Positions 9,748-20,730 of a stretch of DNA of 64,000 bases are shown here, one piece after another. This stretch comes from an uncultured Planctomycetota bacterium (lineage in GTDB: Bacteria > Planctomycetota > Planctomycetia > Isosphaerales > Isosphaeraceae), in the NCBI GenBank assembly GCA_963845755.1, contig CAWJTV010000028.1:1-64000 (forward strand). Reading direction: 5' to 3'. Below the pieces are notes generated by a model, which saw nothing but the letters and a program-made list of their open reading frames with translations, was not told the DNA's origin and ran no database searches. Made by a program: the position numbers and the translations under genes. Numbering within the stretch: position 1 is the stretch's first letter; the number at the start of each line of letters is the position of its first letter.

Positions 9748-11367
9748 TTGATGGAAGAAAACGCCAACGCATCGGAATCCGATGCCGACGACCCCGACCC
9801 GTCCCCTGAGCCTTCCCCGGCTCCCTCCGTTCTCGAGTGCCGAAGGGGCGTATTCTCGCTCTTTCCGGGCACGGCCATCCTGTGCCTTCTCTTCGTCGTG
9901 CCGGCCGCGGCACCCGCTCGGGCCGATGCGCTGGAGCAGATCCACCAATCCGGCCGATTGCTCTACGGCAGCGACATGGAAGGCGGCGGCCCCTACGCGT
10001 ATCCCGACCCGCAGTCGCCCCGTGGCGTGACCGGCTTCGAGGTGGAGCTGATGACGCTTCTGGCCCGGGACCTCGGCGTCGCGGCCGAGTTCTCCCAGGG
10101 TCAATGGGACAAGCTCCTCCAGGTGCTGGACACAGGCCGGCTCGACCTGGTAATCAACGGCTACGAATGGACCGAGCCGTGCGCCCGCGACTACCTGGCG
10201 ACCCGACCCTACTACGTCTACCAGTTGCAGTTGATGGTGCGTCGGGGCCGTGCCGTGCGGAGTTGGTCCGACCTGAAGCAGCCGCGGCCCGGCGGCGGCA
10301 AATGGACGGTCGCCGTGCTGGTGGGCTCGGCCGCCGAGACGTTCGCGTTCGAGCAAGGTGGCTCGAATGTTGACGTCGTTCGGTTCGACGGTGCCACCGA
10401 CGCGATGACGGCCGTGCAGAACGGCCAGTACGACGCGACGCTCCAGGACGTCCCCGCGGCGCGGTTCTACGCGAAGCGGTTTGCCGGCCTGGAATCGGTC
10501 GGCCCGCCCGAGTCGCACGGATATTATGTCATCTACGTCCGGAAGCAGGACCGGGCGTTGCGGGACGCCCTGGATCAAAGCCTGGGGCGACTCGTCGCCG
10601 CAGGCGAGCTGCGGCGGCTCTACGAGCGTTATGGCATCTGGACCGAGGCGCAGGACGAGCTGCCGGCGTTCCTGGGCCCCATCGAGACGGTGACCGGGGA
10701 CACCGAGACGCGCGGCTGGCCGTTGCTGCTCCGGTATCGATCGCGACTGCTCGACGCGGCGAAGGTGACCATCCTCCTGTCGATCACCTCGATGCCCCTG
10801 GCGATGGCGCTGGGGCTGTTCATCGCGATCGGCCGGCTCTATGGGCCCGGACCGCTTCGCACGATCCTGTCCGGCTACGTCGAGCTGCTGCGGGGCACTC
10901 CGCTGATGCTCCAGCTCTTCGTGCTGTTCTACCTGCTGAGGCTGCCGCCGTGGGTCGCCGGCATCGCCGGACTGGCGATCAACTATTCGGCTTACGAGGC
11001 CGAAATCTACCGCGCGGGGCTCCAGGCCATCCCCGCCGGCCAGATGGAGGCCGCGATGGCGCTGGGGATGTCGCGGTGGATGGCCCTGAGGCGCGTCATC
11101 GTACCGCAGGCCGTCCGGATCGTGATCCCCCCGGTCACCAACGACTTCATCGCCCTGTTCAAGGACACGTCCGTCTGCTCAGTCATCACGCTGGTCGAGC
11201 TGACCAAGGAGTATTCGATCCTGGCCAACAGCACCGGCGGGGCGATCGAGTTCGCCCTGGCCGCCGCGTTCCTCTACATGTTGATGAGCGTCCCGCTCTC
11301 GTGGTTCTCCCGATGGTCCGAGCGGCAACTGGGCTCGGCTGGCGCGAAAGGAGGGGCATGGGCATGA
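9748..11367 (+). CDS. polar amino-acid ABC transporter, substrate-binding domain fused to permease
   Basis: GFEVEL and SBP family 3 pattern, followed by [30 protein letters not shown] and FKDTS. Confidence 0.92.
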   Translation: MMEENANASESDADDPDPSPEPSPAPSVLECRRGVFSLFPGTAILCLLFVVPAAAPARADALEQIHQSGRLLYGSDMEGGGPYAYPDPQSPRGVTGFEVELMTLLARDLGVAAEFSQGQWDKLLQVLDTGRLDLVINGYEWTEPCARDYLATRPYYVYQLQLMVRRGRAVRSWSDLKQPRPGGGKWTVAVLVGSAAETFAFEQGGSNVDVVRFDGATDAMTAVQNGQYDATLQDVPAARFYAKRFAGLESVGPPESHGYYVIYVRKQDRALRDALDQSLGRLVAAGELRRLYERYGIWTEAQDELPAFLGPIETVTGDTETRGWPLLLRYRSRLLDAAKVTILLSITSMPLAMALGLFIAIGRLYGPGPLRTILSGYVELLRGTPLMLQLFVLFYLLRLPPWVAGIAGLAINYSAYEAEIYRAGLQAIPAGQMEAAMALGMSRWMALRRVIVPQAVRIVIPPVTNDFIALFKDTSVCSVITLVELTKEYSILANSTGGAIEFALAAAFLYMLMSVPLSWFSRWSERQLGSAGAKGGAWA

Positions 11368-12116
11368 TCGAAGTCATGGATCTGTTCAAGCGGTACGGGA
11401 CGATCGAGGTGCTCCGCGGCGCAAGCCTGTCGGTGGACCGTGGGGAAGTGGCCGCGATCATCGGGCCATCGGGGGGCGGCAAGAGCACGTTCCTCCGCTG
11501 CCTCAACGGCCTGGAGCGGTTCCAGTCCGGCCGAGTGACCGTCGACGGCCTGGGATTCGGCGCCGACGGAATCGCGACCGCGAGGGAATGGAATCGCGTG
11601 CAACGCCAGGTCTGCCGGCGCGTGGGGATGGTCTTCCAGAGCTTCAACCTGTTCCCGCACCGCACGGCGCTGGAGAACGTGATGGAAGGCCCGATCTACG
11701 TCCTGGGCCTGGATCGCGACGTCGCGGAAGCGCGCGCCACCGGCTGCTGGACCGCGTAGGGCTCTCGGACCGGCTCCATGCGATGCCGCGCCAGCTCTCC
11801 GGCGGCCAGCAGCAACGGGTCGCGATCGCCCGCGCGCTGGCCATGGAGCCGCTGGCGATCCTCTTCGACGAGCCCACCAGTGCGGCTCGATCCCCGGATG
11901 ACCGCCGAGGTCCTGGCCGTCATGGCCGACCTGGCCGGCGACGGCCTGACCATGGTCGTGGTCACCCACGCCATGCACTTCGCCCGGCGCGTGGCTCGGC
12001 GCGTCCACGTCTTCGGCGATGGGCGGGTCATCGAGTCCGGGCCGCCGGAGCAGATCTTCGAGGACCCGCGCGAGGAAGCGACCCGGGTGTTGCTGTCCAC
12101 CGTCCTGGCGGCGTGA
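11364..12116 (+). CDS. amino-acid ABC transporter ATP-binding protein (indels ~11745, ~11885)
   Basis: [43 protein letters not shown] and LDP...VVTH, spread over three frames. Confidence 0.9.
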
Positions 12117-12125
12117 GGTGGCCAA

Positions 12126-12776
12126 TCACCGAGGCGGTTTCGGCGGGGACGGAGCGGGCCTATCGTTGGCAGGAGGGGGTGAATCGGCCGGCTCGGATCG
12201 TATCGTAGGGCCATTGAGCGTGCTGGCGTCGGCCTTCGGCCGGAACTGTGGCCGGGCACTGGGGACCTCCTCCAGGTTCGTGGGCGGCAGGTCCCTGGCG
12301 GCCGCTTCGCTCTTCTCGAGGGCCGCCACCAGCGACTCCCACCGCCGGATCCCCGCCTCGACTTTCTGGAGGCGCGCCCGCAGCCGCTCGGCCTCGCCCT
12401 TGAGGCTCTTGAGCTGGCCCTCGGCCGTCTTCCGGTTCTGGTCGACGAACGCCTGGACGGTCTTCTCCGGATCGTCGGCCTCAACGGCGATCGGAGCGTC
12501 GTGCGAGCCAGCAGGCTCGGACTTCGTCTCGATAGAGGGAGCTTCAAGGTTAGAAGGCACGGGCGCTGCCGGAAGTGGTATGGGAGGATCGGCGGGAGCC
12601 GTCGAGGTCTTTTCCGGAACCTGTTCCTTGCTGAACTGTGGAAGTGGTGACGGCGACGCCACCACGGGCGTGGCCGCCTCCTGCGGCTCCTTTGCCCAGG
12701 AGGTTCGCACCATCCAGCCGATTCCGATCAGGCCGACGAGCAGCACGGCGGCGGCCAGCGGGGGTGGAATCCCCAT
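12126..12776 (-). CDS. membrane-anchored Pro-rich protein with coiled coil
   Basis: TM segment [15 protein letters not shown] and a heptad-like segment [22 protein letters not shown]. The longer ORF start runs through a REP. Confidence 0.65.
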   Translation of the reverse strand: MGIPPPLAAAVLLVGLIGIGWMVRTSWAKEPQEAATPVVASPSPLPQFSKEQVPEKTSTAPADPPIPLPAAPVPSNLEAPSIETKSEPAGSHDAPIAVEADDPEKTVQAFVDQNRKTAEGQLKSLKGEAERLRARLQKVEAGIRRWESLVAALEKSEAAARDLPPTNLEEVPSARPQFRPKADASTLNGPTIRSEPADSPPPANDRPAPSPPKPPR

Positions 12777-12913
12777 CGCGGCCTCTTCCGCCGCCTCGAT
12801 CCTGGCCTGTTCGACGATCGCGACCACCATTTTCGGCGTGAGCTTGGAAGCGGGACGCACGAGGCACCTCCTTTGCGTCGGATCCTGGAATGGGAATCGC
12901 TCCCGGTCTCGTA

Positions 12914-12977
12914 GTAGGGTGCTCTGTGAGCACCGAACATGACTCCTACGAAGATCGGTGCTCACAGAGCACCCTAC
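12914..12977. repeat. GTAG-family REP doublet
   Basis: Perfect 23-bp inverted repeat GTAGGGTGCTCTGTGAGCACCGA ... TCGGTGCTCACAGAGCACCCTAC. Confidence 0.9.
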
Positions 12978-13075
12978 AGACCTATGCGCGACCCGAACAT
13001 CACTCGCCCTAGTCTAGCCGGAATCGACCGATGGGAACATGGGACTCTCTCGGTGGAGTGCCAGGACCGACGGCA

Positions 13076-13492
13076 TCACTGCCTGGACGTCCCCGCCGCG
13101 GCGGCCAGCGCGATGAAGCCGATCAGCATCAGGACGCCGCCGATCGGGGTGATGGCGCCGAGCCAGCGGAGGCCGGTCGTTGACAGGATGTAAAGAGTCC
13201 CCGAAAAGATCAGGGAGCCCAGGAGGAACGACCAGCCGGACGCCTGGAGCGCCGGGCCGCTCCGCCCGGTCGCGCCCAGCAACCCCACGGCCAGGATCGC
13301 CAGGGCGCAGTACATGTGGTACTGGGCGGCCGTGTGAAACCTCGCCTCGAAGTATTCCGCAGTCCGACCACTCGAGAGTTCGCCCAGCGACTGGAACCGC
13401 CCCTGGAGTCCGTGGGCGCCGAACGCGCCCATCGAGACGGCCAGGAACCCCCAGATCGCACCCGTCCTCAACCAGAATGTCGCACTCATCAT
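13076..13492 (-). CDS. DUF423 (YgdD/TMEM256-like) membrane protein
   Basis: GAFGAHGL, FHTAAQYH, GSLIFSGTLY, LGAITPIGG. Confidence 0.9.
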   Translation of the reverse strand: MMSATFWLRTGAIWGFLAVSMGAFGAHGLQGRFQSLGELSSGRTAEYFEARFHTAAQYHMYCALAILAVGLLGATGRSGPALQASGWSFLLGSLIFSGTLYILSTTGLRWLGAITPIGGVLMLIGFIALAAAAGTSRQ

Positions 13493-14878
13493 CGACTCCC
13501 TACCATCGAAGCCTGCTGGAGACCCAGAACAATGGCCCGCGCTTCGGCGGCGAGGAACAGCGAGCCGGTGACACAGATCAGGCCGTGGGGACCCGTGAGC
13601 CGACGGGCCAGCTCCAGGGCCTCGGCCGGGTGTTCGGTCGTGCGGACGGATCGCCCGGTGAGCATCAGCGCGGCGGCCGCGATCTTGTCGGGGGAGACCG
13701 ACCTCGGGTTCTCGACATACTGCGTGGCGATCACCTGATCGAACGAGGGGAACAACGCGCGTAAGCTGCCCGGTCAAGTCCTTCTCCCGGGTCGTACCGA
13801 ACACCAGCGTGCGCCGGGTGGGCGGGAAGCACAGGCGGAGCGTCTCCGCGAGCGCGATGGCCGAGGCTCCGTTGTGCGCCCCGTCGATGACCAGCCAGGG
13901 GCGTTGGCCGCAGACCTCGACCCGCCCGGGCCATTCCAGACCGTCGAATCCGCGCGCCACGGCCTCCTTGCTGACCGCCAGCCGGGGATGCACCTCGGCC
14001 AGGACGTCGAGGCTCGCCAGGGCGACGGCCGCATTGTGGGCCTGGTGTGGGCCGAGCAACGGGAGGCGGAGGGTCCCCCAGTCGGTCCGCCAGGTTCGGG
14101 TCGCGACCCGGCACGGCGTCGGTCGGATCAGCGGGGGCTCGGGGGGAATGAGCTGCAACTCGAAATCCGTGCCCAGCTCGTGCAGCGGGCTACGCCGCTG
14201 CGCCGCGATTCGCCGGATCGCCTGCTGCGCCGCTCCACCGACCACCCCGCTGACGGCCGGGCAACCTCGCTTGAGGATCCCGGCCTTCTCCGTCGCGATC
14301 AACTCCAGCGTGTTGCCGAGCTGGCGCGTGTGGTCGAACGAGATGCTGGTGATGACCGCCAGCGCGGGGCGGACGACGTTGGTCGAATCGAGCCGGCCCC
14401 CCATGCCCACCTCGAGCACGACCGCGCCCACGCCGCGACGGGCGAAATGGAGCAGGCCGATCGCCGTCGTGATCTCGAAGAACGTCGTCCGGCGATCGCG
14501 GTGGTGAGAGTCGTCGCGCTCGAGTTTCTCGGTGACTTCCCGCACCTCATCGACGAGCGCCACCACCTCCGTCGGAGAGATGGGTTTGCCGTCGATGCGG
14601 AACCGTTCCTCCAGGCAATGCAGGTGCGGCGAGGAGTACAGGCCCGTCTTCACGCCGGAGGCCGTCAGCGCCGCCGCCATCATGACCGCCGTCGAGCCTT
14701 TCCCCTTGGTCCCCGCGATGTGAATGATCGGCACGCCCGCCTGGGGTTCTCCCAGATTTCGGAGTAGCCGCCGCATCCGCCCCAGGTTCAGGTCAGCCGG
14801 GACCCTGGGCATCCCCAACCGCTCGTAATTCAACCGGCTATAGAGATAATCCAGCCGTTCTTGATCGTCGGAAAACAT
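13489..14878 (-). CDS. folC: folylpolyglutamate synthase/dihydrofolate synthase (indel ~13760)
   Basis: HIAGTKGKGST, YSSPHL, EVGMGGRLDSTNV, WPGR, IDGAHN. The C-terminal VTGSLFL is in the 13489..13755 frame. Confidence 0.95.
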
Positions 14879-14889
14879 GGGTCGCGGGA

Positions 14890-14958
14890 AGGAAGGGTGA
14901 AGGATAAGGGATGAAGCTTGAAGGAGGAATCAAGACCGGACGCGTTATCAGTCAGTCT
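14890..14958. repeat. degenerate (GGATGAA)n-core heptamer element
   Basis: GGTGAAGGATAAGGGATGAAGCTTGAAGGAGGAATCAAG carries the same GAATCAAG core as the copies at 20281 and 26225. Confidence 0.55.
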
Positions 14959-15378
14959 TCAGCACTCCGCCTTTCGCGAAGGCTGGCCCAGCACCTGTTG
15001 AATCCGCGCACAGAGCTCCGCGAGCGAGAGGTCCTTGGTCCAGTAGTCCACGACGCCCAGGGCGAACCCTTCCAGCCGGGTATCCGCGTCGCTGAGGTGG
15101 GACAACACGATCACTTTCATTCCTACGGCCTCCGCGCTACGGCCCAGGTGTTCCAGGACTTCCAGCCCGTTGAGGATCGGCATCCAGATGTCCAGCAGCA
15201 AGAGCCCCGGCGCATGCGCCCGGACCAGCGCGACCGCCTCACCCCCGTCGCAGGCCTCCAGGACCCGGTGGCCCTCCCGGCGCAAACATTCGGCATATAA
15301 CGCCCTCAGGTCGGCCTCGTCCTCCGCCAACACGATAGTCGTCAGGACTTTCTCGTCACTCTCGCCGGATGCTTGCAT
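14959..15378 (-). CDS. single-domain response regulator (receiver)
   Basis: LAEDE, LLDIWMP (phospho-acceptor Asp), NGLEVL, VLS, DYWTK. Confidence 0.9.
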   Translation of the reverse strand: MQASGESDEKVLTTIVLAEDEADLRALYAECLRREGHRVLEACDGGEAVALVRAHAPGLLLLDIWMPILNGLEVLEHLGRSAEAVGMKVIVLSHLSDADTRLEGFALGVVDYWTKDLSLAELCARIQQVLGQPSRKAEC

Positions 15379-15523
15379 GCCTGGTGTCGCGTTACCCGGA
15401 ATCTCACCCCGTAAAGCCGATCAAGGACGGCGGTCGATGCGTCCTCAAGCATACCCTGGAGCCGGATTGGTCCGCCATGCCAGAGTCTTGCTCCCTGGTA
15501 TCCCCGCGCCGCGCGCATCGGAG

Positions 15524-15673
15524 GGATTCCGGATTCCGGATTCGAGATTCCGGATTCCCGAATCATTCCCCTTCGGGTATCCGGAATCCCGAATCCCGAA
15601 TCTCGAATCCCGAATCTCGAATCTCGAATCTCGAATCTCGAATCTCGAATCCGGAATCTCGAATCCCGAATCC
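15524..15673. repeat. inverted heptamer tandem repeat, (GGATTCC)n then (GAATCYC)n
   Basis: About 5 GGATTCC-type units followed by about 13 GAATCTC/GAATCCC units between divergent genes. Confidence 0.9.
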
Positions 15674-15754
15674 CCCCTGGGTTGAGGCCAATCCGCCGCG
15701 CCCGCGGGAATCCCGCCTGGCTCCCCGAACCGAGAGGAAGGCGGAAAACCTGGC

Positions 15755-15782
15755 TTGACGCTCCAAGAAAGGCGGATACGCT
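15755..15782 (+). promoter_or_regulatory. putative sigma70 promoter for hldE
   Basis: TTGACG-N16-TACGCT, ~70 nt upstream of the ATG. Confidence 0.4.
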
Positions 15783-15850
15783 GACGGCGACCTAGCCCCA
15801 TCGCGACGTGATGCGGGCGACGGCTGGCGAACCGTCATGGAGGACCCCGG

Positions 15851-17403
15851 ATGACGCATGATCTCATGCGGCGGCTCGAGGAGCTTGGCCACCCGCGGGT
15901 CGTCGTGATCGGCGACCTGATCCTCGATCGTTACATCTGGGGATATGCGGAGCGGATCAGCCAGGAGGCGCCGGTCCCGCTCTTGCGTGCCGATCATCGG
16001 GAGCATCGCCTCGGCGGTGCGGCCAGCGTGGCGACGATGCTCCGCGCGCTGGGGGCCGAGGTCCGGCTGATCGGCGGCGTCGGCCGCGATTTCGAGGCGG
16101 GCCTGGTCCGGACGATGCTCCGGGACCAGGGGATCGACGACCGTGGGGTCGTGGAGCTGGACGATCGGCCGACGACGCTGAAGGAGCGGTACATCGGTCG
16201 GGCCCAGGACCGCCACCCGCAGCAGATGATCCGGGTCGACTACGAGACGCGCGACCCGATCCCCGCGGTGGTCGAGGCCGGGCTGCACGGCGTGCTCGCC
16301 GAGGCCGTCGGCTGGGCCGACATCGTGCTGGTCTCCGACTATGACAAGGGGGTCTGCACGCCGACGCTGCTGGCCGCGGCCATCGCCACGGCCCGCGGGG
16401 CGCAGGTCAAGATCCTGGCCGATCCGATCCGAGCCGCCGATTACTCCCGATATCGCGGCGTCCATTGCATGACGCCCAACCGCCTCGAGGCCCAGCTCGC
16501 GACCGGCCTGACGATCGCCCGGCCCGAGGACGCGCTGCGGGTCGGCCGACGGCTGGTCGAGTCGCTCGAGATGGAAGCCGTGCTGGTGACCCTCGACCGG
16601 GACGGCATGGCGCTGGTCCGCGCCGACGGCCGCGACGAGCTGTTGCCGACGCGCCCTCGACAGGTTTACGACATCACCGGTGCCGGCGACATGGTCCTGG
16701 CGGTCGTCGGGCTCTGCCTGGCCGGCGGGGTCGATTACCGCGAGGCCGCCGAGCTGGGGAATGTGGCGGGCGGGCTGGAAGTCGAGCAGTTCGGTGTGGC
16801 GCTCTTGACCCGCGACGATGTCCTGCGCGACCTGGCCGAGCACCAACGGCCCGGGGGCTCCAAGCTGCTCGGCGCGAACAGCTCGTCGCCGAGGTCCGGC
16901 GCCGGCGCCGGGCCGGTGAGACGATCGTCTTCACCAACGGCTGCTTCGATCTCCTGCATCCCGGACACGTCCGATTGTTACGCCAGGCCGCGACGCTGGG
17001 GGATTACCTCGTGGTCGGCCTGAACTCGGACGAGAGCGTCCGGCGCCTGAAAGGCCCCAATCGCCCGATCCACACCGAGGACGCGCGTGCCGAGATCCTG
17101 ACGGCGCTAGAGTCGGTCCGGGCCGTGTCCCTCTTCGACGAGGACACGCCGCGGGAGCTGATCGTGGCGATCGGCCCCGACGTCCTGGTCAAGGGCGGCG
17201 ACTACCGGCCGGACGAGGTCGTCGGCCGCGCGGAGGTCGAGGCCGGCGGCGGCCGGCTGGTGCTGATCCCGCTGGTCGAAGGGCACTCGACCACGCGGCT
17301 GGTCCACCGCGCCGCCGACGGAGCGATCAAGGCCCACGCCGCCGAGGCCGTCCCGGGGCCGCACACCGCGCAGAGCGCCGTGACGAACCTCACGCGGAAG
17401 TAA
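15851..17403 (+). CDS. hldE: bifunctional ADP-heptose synthase, kinase plus adenylyltransferase (indel ~16875)
   Basis: GDLILDRY, ISQEAPVP, SDYDKG, TPNRLE, YDITGAGD, then FTNGCFDLLHPGH, GLNSD and VLVKGGDY in the second frame. Confidence 0.95.
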
Positions 17404-17569
17404 GAGACCCTAACGCGACCCCTGCCGCCGCGTTTCGCCGACGTCCCGGTTTTCTCCCGCGCCGCGACGACGTTGCCGATCGCCCCTTGTCCTGGCCCCG
17501 GTCCGACCGCTACAGTGAACGGGTTGGCCAGCGTCGCAAATGCGAATGAGATCTCTTCCAGGTCAACCG

Positions 17570-19236
17570 ATGAACCGCTTCTTGTCGCGCCTGGTCGTTG
17601 ATGGCGGTCTGACCGTGGCGCTGGCGGCCGCGCTGGCCGTTGTCTTTCTGCTCGATCGCCAGCGCACGCCCGCCGGGACAACCGCAGCCCGGGTAGGGCT
17701 GACGCACGAGCCGCGTCCGGATGAATCGACGCTGCTCACGCCGAACCGTCCTGCGCCCGTGCCGGCAAACGCTCTGGCTGCGGCCGGCCCCGTGGCGAAA
17801 TCCGAGAAGTCGCTGCCGGCCGAAGCGCCACACGCGCCGAAGGTGACCGAACGGGTTGCCAGCGCCACCAGGCCCGTGGGGAATGGCCTCGATCCGGGCG
17901 CACCCCAGCGCCCAGGCCGCCTGAGGAGCGCGTTGCGGAAGCGACCCGGAGGCTGGCTGCCCCGACTGCTCCCTTCGCGGCGCGCACCGACGAGCGGCGT
18001 GAACAATGGATCAACACGCTGGGCGGCAATGCGCGTTCGGAGGCCGCCGTCGCCGCCGGTCTGGGATGGCTGGCACGCCACCAGGCCAAGGACGGGTCGT
18101 GGAGCAACCAGTATGTGAATCCTCCCCCACAAGGGGTCTGCGAGGACTCGGACCCGTGCGAGGGCCCCGGCCAGGATTTCACGTTCGCCCAGACCGGCAT
18201 GGCGCTCCTGGCTCTGCAAGCGAGCGGACACTATGCGTTCAACGATCACCCGTATTCCGGACATGTCCGTCGCGGCCTGGATTTCCTCGCGACGCACCAG
18301 GGTGGAGGCGGCGGACTGTATCCACGTGCCGCTACCCTTGAACCCAACGGGAGGCTAAAGGACCGGGGCCGAGGTGCGAAGGGACGCGGGAAGACGCCCG
18401 CGACTGGGGGCATGTCCCGACCGTTCATGACCCGCAATGCAAACCACCCTCAACAGTTCATGTACGAGCATGGGCTCGCCACTTTCGCGCTGGCCGAGGC
18501 CTGCGCAGTGGCCCGCGCATCGAAGCGCGAGCCCGATCCCCGCTACCTGGCTGCCGCCCGCAAGGCGGTCGATTTCATCGAGAGGACGCAGCACCAGGAC
18601 GGCGGCTGGCGGTACACACCCAACCCCGGAGAACACAGCGACACGTCCGTGACCGGATTTCAGGTGCTGGCACTGAAGGCGGCGCGGGAGGCTGGCATCC
18701 CGCTGGAAGACGGCTGTCTGCGCAATCTCAGGACGTACTTCCAGAGCCGCGAGATGGGCCAGGACGGCCGCACGGGTTACACGTTCCCAAGCAATGGCTC
18801 GGACGCGATGACCGGGGTCGGAGTGCTGGCTCATGTGTTTCTCCTGGGCGACCGGGATTGCGACCTGGTCCGCCAGGCGATCCCCTACCTGGCCCGGCGG
18901 GCCGAGTCGCGCTGGGGACAGGGCACGGGCCGAAATGGGCCGTTCCGACCGCTCACCCGCGGGATCGACCCCAGAATCAGCTACTACGACTGGTACAACT
19001 GCACGCTGGCAGTTTACATGGCCGACGGTCCGGATGGCGCGCACTGGCAGCAATGGAACAACATCGTCCGCGACCGCGTGATCGCGCTCCAACGTCCGGC
19101 CGATTCCGGGTGCGAGCGCGGAAGCTGGCCCTGTATCGATCCTCACAGCCACAGCGGCGGACGCATCTATACCACGTCGCTCAGCGTGCTCACGCTCGAG
19201 GTCTACTACCGGTACGGTACCAAGCCGAAGGACTGA
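17570..19236 (+). CDS. membrane-anchored prenyltransferase/squalene-oxidase-repeat protein (indel ~17900-17970)
   Basis: N-terminal TM helix. GLGWLARHQAKDGSW, TGMALLAL, MYEHGLATFALAE, QHQDGGWRY, SDTSVTG, GGRIYTT, LEVYYRY. Confidence 0.85.
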
Positions 19237-19350
19237 TTCCCGATTCCGATTTGAGGACATCGATCGACCTTGACGGAGACTGGCTTCCTGGGCACGATAA
19301 GGCTCGCGAGTATGTTTGTGTAAAAAGCGATCGTCACATCTCCTGGAGCG

Positions 19351-20283
19351 ATGCACGACATGGATGTCCCGCACCGAGCATTTTCGCGACGGCTGATTCT
19401 CCTCGCGGCCGGGATGCAACTCTTGATGGGCGCCCAGGCACTGGCCGACCCGGTCTACACGGCGATCGACCTGGGCACCGGCAATCCCACATTAGGGACC
19501 GGTTCCGGCGGCATCGGCACGGTGACCGGGTCCAACGGACTCACCTACATGTTCAACCCGGTGCAGAGTTTCCTGCCCGCGCAGTGGCAGAACACCACCC
19601 AGGGCGTTCCCGCAGGCCCGGCGCCCGTTTGGAGCCCGTTCACATACGGAGATCCCAATTACGCCTACAGTTACTCGAACCTGGCCGTCATGAACAGTCA
19701 AGGACTTGCCGTTGGGATCAATCATTCCGGCGTCGATGGGCAATTGGAGAATAGCGAAGCGTTCCTGACCCAGCTACAGCCCAATGGGACGTGGGGAACT
19801 CCGACTCCGCTCTGGTCGGGAACGACGGCATACGCGGTGGGTCAATCATTCCTGGGGATCTATGGCATCACACCAAACGGTCAAGTACTCGGCACCGGCG
19901 TCCCAACGCCCGGGGGGGGCACGAATTACGACGAGGTGCTATTGCTCTACGACGCGAAAACGCAGACGCTCACGAACCTGACCAGCCTTATCGACTCGAT
20001 GAAGTGGTCGAATACCCCGATGCTTCCCGACGGCCTAAGCCCGACCTGGCTAGTCAACGGCCTCGTCGCGAGACTGGACAACGACGGGCGGATCCTGGTT
20101 CAAGCTTACCAGTTAGGTGGCGATGAAAGTGAGCCGCACAACGTGCTCCTGCTTCCGCTGGGGCTCGACGTGGACCCGCTCGTCGTGCCGGAGCCCGCGA
20201 CCTGGGTCATCTTCGCCACGCTGATCGGCGGCGGGATGCTCCACCAGCGGCGACACTTCGAAAGGCTTCATCCAAGAAGATGA
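19351..20283 (+). CDS. PEP-CTERM sorting-domain surface protein
   Basis: Signal peptide (..AQALA|DP), YTAIDLG, C-terminal VPEPATWVIF plus TM helix and basic tail. Confidence 0.9.
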   Translation: MHDMDVPHRAFSRRLILLAAGMQLLMGAQALADPVYTAIDLGTGNPTLGTGSGGIGTVTGSNGLTYMFNPVQSFLPAQWQNTTQGVPAGPAPVWSPFTYGDPNYAYSYSNLAVMNSQGLAVGINHSGVDGQLENSEAFLTQLQPNGTWGTPTPLWSGTTAYAVGQSFLGIYGITPNGQVLGTGVPTPGGGTNYDEVLLLYDAKTQTLTNLTSLIDSMKWSNTPMLPDGLSPTWLVNGLVARLDNDGRILVQAYQLGGDESEPHNVLLLPLGLDVDPLVVPEPATWVIFATLIGGGMLHQRRHFERLHPRR

Positions 20284-20356
20284 AGGATGAGGGATGAAGG
20301 CTGAATCAAGGCTGTTCTGACTCATCCTTCATCCTTTCCCTGACTCCTTCATCCTT
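20281..20356. repeat. (GGATGAA)n-core-(TTCATCC)n heptamer element
   Basis: TGAAGGATGAGGGATGAAGGCTGAATCAAG gctg TTCTGACTCATCCTTCATCCTT, between convergent genes. Confidence 0.8.
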
Positions 20357-20358
20357 GA

Positions 20359-20730
20359 TCAGAACGGCTCGGGGTCCTGGAGCCAGGGCGAGGGTTCGCG
20401 CGGTTGCTCGGGGGCCACGGTCAACTCGTCGGCCACCGCGCCCAGGTCGTCCTGGTGCACGACCACCAGGGCGCCGGGCTTCCCCTTGGCGTAGAGCATC
20501 AACACCGGCGTCTTCCGCTCCCGACGCGCCAGCTCGCGCGTGCTCTCCCAGAGGTTGCGGACCGATGACGAGGCGCGCAGCTTCGTCTCGATGAACAGCC
20601 GCGGGTGGGTGGAGTCGCTGCTGGTCCGCTCGGCGCGGCCGGACGAGCCCGACAGGACCTGGCGTTGTGACCCGAACAGCCGGGCCGCATCGCGTTCCCG
20701 GCGCTTCCAGCTATTGCGATGGGTGCTCAT
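20359..20730 (-). CDS. small PD-(D/E)xK nuclease, Holliday-junction-resolvase-like (phage type)
   Basis: WKRRERDAA (E), SGS, SD..HPRLFIETKLR (D..ExK), TPVLM, ALVVV. 123 aa. The start overlaps the primase stop. Confidence 0.6.
   Translation of the reverse strand: MSTHRNSWKRRERDAARLFGSQRQVLSGSSGRAERTSSDSTHPRLFIETKLRASSSVRNLWESTRELARRERKTPVLMLYAKGKPGALVVVHQDDLGAVADELTVAPEQPREPSPWLQDPEPF

Noticed and set aside
13076..14878. Apparent FolC-DUF423 fusion (600-aa ORF)
   Set aside because: An indel near 13760 shifts folC into the DUF423 frame. The true FolC C-terminus (VTGSLFL) is in ORF 13489..13755.
15524..15673. CRISPR array, or ORFs reading IRNPESRISNLES
   Set aside because: These are 7-bp tandem units with no unique spacers and no cas genes. 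The ORFs are translations of the repeat.
16860..16890. Programmed frameshifting in hldE or other split genes
   Set aside because: No slippery heptamer with a stimulatory structure, and the many similar breaks across unrelated genes point to sequencing error.
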